A stretch of 64,000 nucleotides of DNA from the NCBI GenBank assembly GCA_963848295.1, contig CAWKDB010000010.1:2656001-2720000 (forward strand), written 5' to 3'. Source of the stretch: an uncultured delta proteobacterium (GTDB lineage: Bacteria; Myxococcota_A; Polyangia; Haliangiales; Haliangiaceae). The translations under genes were made by a program, and so were the position numbers. Shown here one piece after another: positions 61,232 to 64,000 of the stretch. How positions within the stretch are numbered: the first letter of the stretch is position 1; every line of letters starts with the position of its first letter. Below the pieces are notes generated by a model. The model did no database searches. It saw only the letters and a list, made by a program, of their open reading frames with translations, and was not told where the DNA came from.

Positions 61232-61370
61232 GCTCGCTGCGTAGAGCAAGCGATGGGCCACGCGGTAACTGCGCGAGTCGGCGTCGCGGCGGCATCGCGA
61301 AGTGTCAGAACGTCACGCGCCGACGGCACGGGCAAGCCCGGCCGTCAGCACTGCCGCATGGCGGTGCGGT

Positions 61371-62444
61371 TCAGTCGACGAGATCCGTGGCGGCGTCGTT
61401 GACCGCGCGGCGCAGCGCTCGCATCGCCTCGGCGCTGCCGTCACCGCGCGTCGGATGGACGCGATTCGCGAGCAACGCGCACCATCGCCGGCGCGGCAGA
61501 TCGAGCCATAGCGACGTGCCGGTGAAGCCGAGGTGACCGACCGCACCATCGCGCGGCCAGCGATCGCCCGCTTGCGAGCTCCCCGGCGCCGGTGCAGGCG
61601 TGTCCCAGCCGAGCCGCCACGATCCACTCGCGACCGGCGCATCGCGGAAGAACCGCTCGACGATGTCCGGCGCGAACCGACCGCGCGCCTCGCCGTTGCC
61701 GGCTGCGACCATCGCCTCGGCGAACGCGGCGACATCGGCGATCGAGGCGAACAGGCCGGCGTGACCACAGACGCCACCGCCGTAGTACGCGTTCTCGTCG
61801 TGGACTCGGCCGCACACGAGGCCTCGATCGTCGAGCTCGGTCGCGACCGCGCCTGCGATCGCACGGGTCCCGGCGAACGTCGCGGCGAGGCCGAGCGGCT
61901 CGGCGACCCGCTGCGCGAACGCGAGCTCGAGCGGCAGGTCGGCGGCGCGCTCGAGCAACGCGCCGAGCGTGATGTAGCCGAGGTCGCTGTAGACCGCGGC
62001 AATGCCGGGCGGCTGACACGGCTCGCGCATCGCACGCGCGACGAGCTCGGCGCGCGGATCGGCCGGTGGCTGCGCGCGCAACGCGCGATACAGGTCGACG
62101 TGCGCGACGAAGCCGGCGGCGTGACCGAGCAGGTCGCGGACCGTGCCGGTCGACGAGGCGTCCGGTAAGTAGCTGCGAATCGGCGCGGCGAGGTCGAGTG
62201 CTCGCTCGCCGGCGAGCACCATCGCGATCGCGGCCGTCGCGATCGGCTTGGTCAGCGATGCGACATCGAACGGCGTCGCGTCGTCGATCGGCTCGCCGCG
62301 ATCCGGCACGCGCCGCGTGAACCCGCGCGCCAGGCGGAACACTTCTCGCCCGTGGTCTCCGACGGAGACCGCCGCCGCCGACCCGAGGCCGCTGGCGAGC
62401 GCGTCGTCGATGATCGCGGCGAGCGCTTCGCCCGTTCGGTCCAC
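61371..62444 (-). CDS. Beta-lactamase-related (class C-like) serine hydrolase
   Basis: FDVASLTK (SxxK), YSDLGY, GRVHDENA, GHAGLF and GHLGFTG. Confidence 0.9.
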   Translation of the reverse strand: MDRTGEALAAIIDDALASGLGSAAAVSVGDHGREVFRLARGFTRRVPDRGEPIDDATPFDVASLTKPIATAAIAMVLAGERALDLAAPIRSYLPDASSTGTVRDLLGHAAGFVAHVDLYRALRAQPPADPRAELVARAMREPCQPPGIAAVYSDLGYITLGALLERAADLPLELAFAQRVAEPLGLAATFAGTRAIAGAVATELDDRGLVCGRVHDENAYYGGGVCGHAGLFASIADVAAFAEAMVAAGNGEARGRFAPDIVERFFRDAPVASGSWRLGWDTPAPAPGSSQAGDRWPRDGAVGHLGFTGTSLWLDLPRRRWCALLANRVHPTRGDGSAEAMRALRRAVNDAATDLVD

Positions 62445-62470
62445 ACGTCACATGCTACTCTGCGGGGCGC

Positions 62471-64000
<1,530 letters not shown>

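Noticed and set aside
61275..61370. Two GC-rich hairpins downstream of the serine hydrolase as an ncRNA
   Set aside because: Short GC stems are expected by chance at this composition, and there is no U-tract or recognisable RNA family motif.

Overview
High-GC chromosomal segment from a Myxococcota bacterium. The taxon is inferred from MglC, an SgmX-like TPR protein, an AgmX/PglI-type domain, FHA-GGDEF and a Pkn-type kinase. About 60 genes. Left third: a type IVa pilus and polarity cluster on the minus strand (sigma54 activator, pilMNOPQ, fused aroKB, lipoprotein, mglC, aroQ, accB, accC, sgmX-like, fumC). Its PilQ carries a ~630-aa Ala-rich helical insertion and its PilP a 6-Cys insert. A REP-associated tyrosine transposase (RAYT, HUH-Y1 plus DnaA-C-like HTH) at 23.4-24.4 kb is flanked by doublets of a ~25-nt repeat. 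Related doublets recur at 31.5, 41.7 and 51.5 kb, always as direct-repeat pairs beginning in or 1 nt after a host stop codon. Right end: a Family 2A encapsulin with cysteine desulfurase cargo, directly downstream of a CxxCH-lipoprotein/LytS/LytTR module that has AlgR-type boxes at 21-bp periodicity. Also present: a doubly frameshifted PBP1A, a sigma54 promoter in front of an ECF sigma factor, a LamG gene remnant, and a window-wide leaderless-promoter signature (TAnnnT 6-8 nt before start codons). No rRNA, tRNA or CRISPR array was found. All calls come from motif recognition by eye; no database searches were run.
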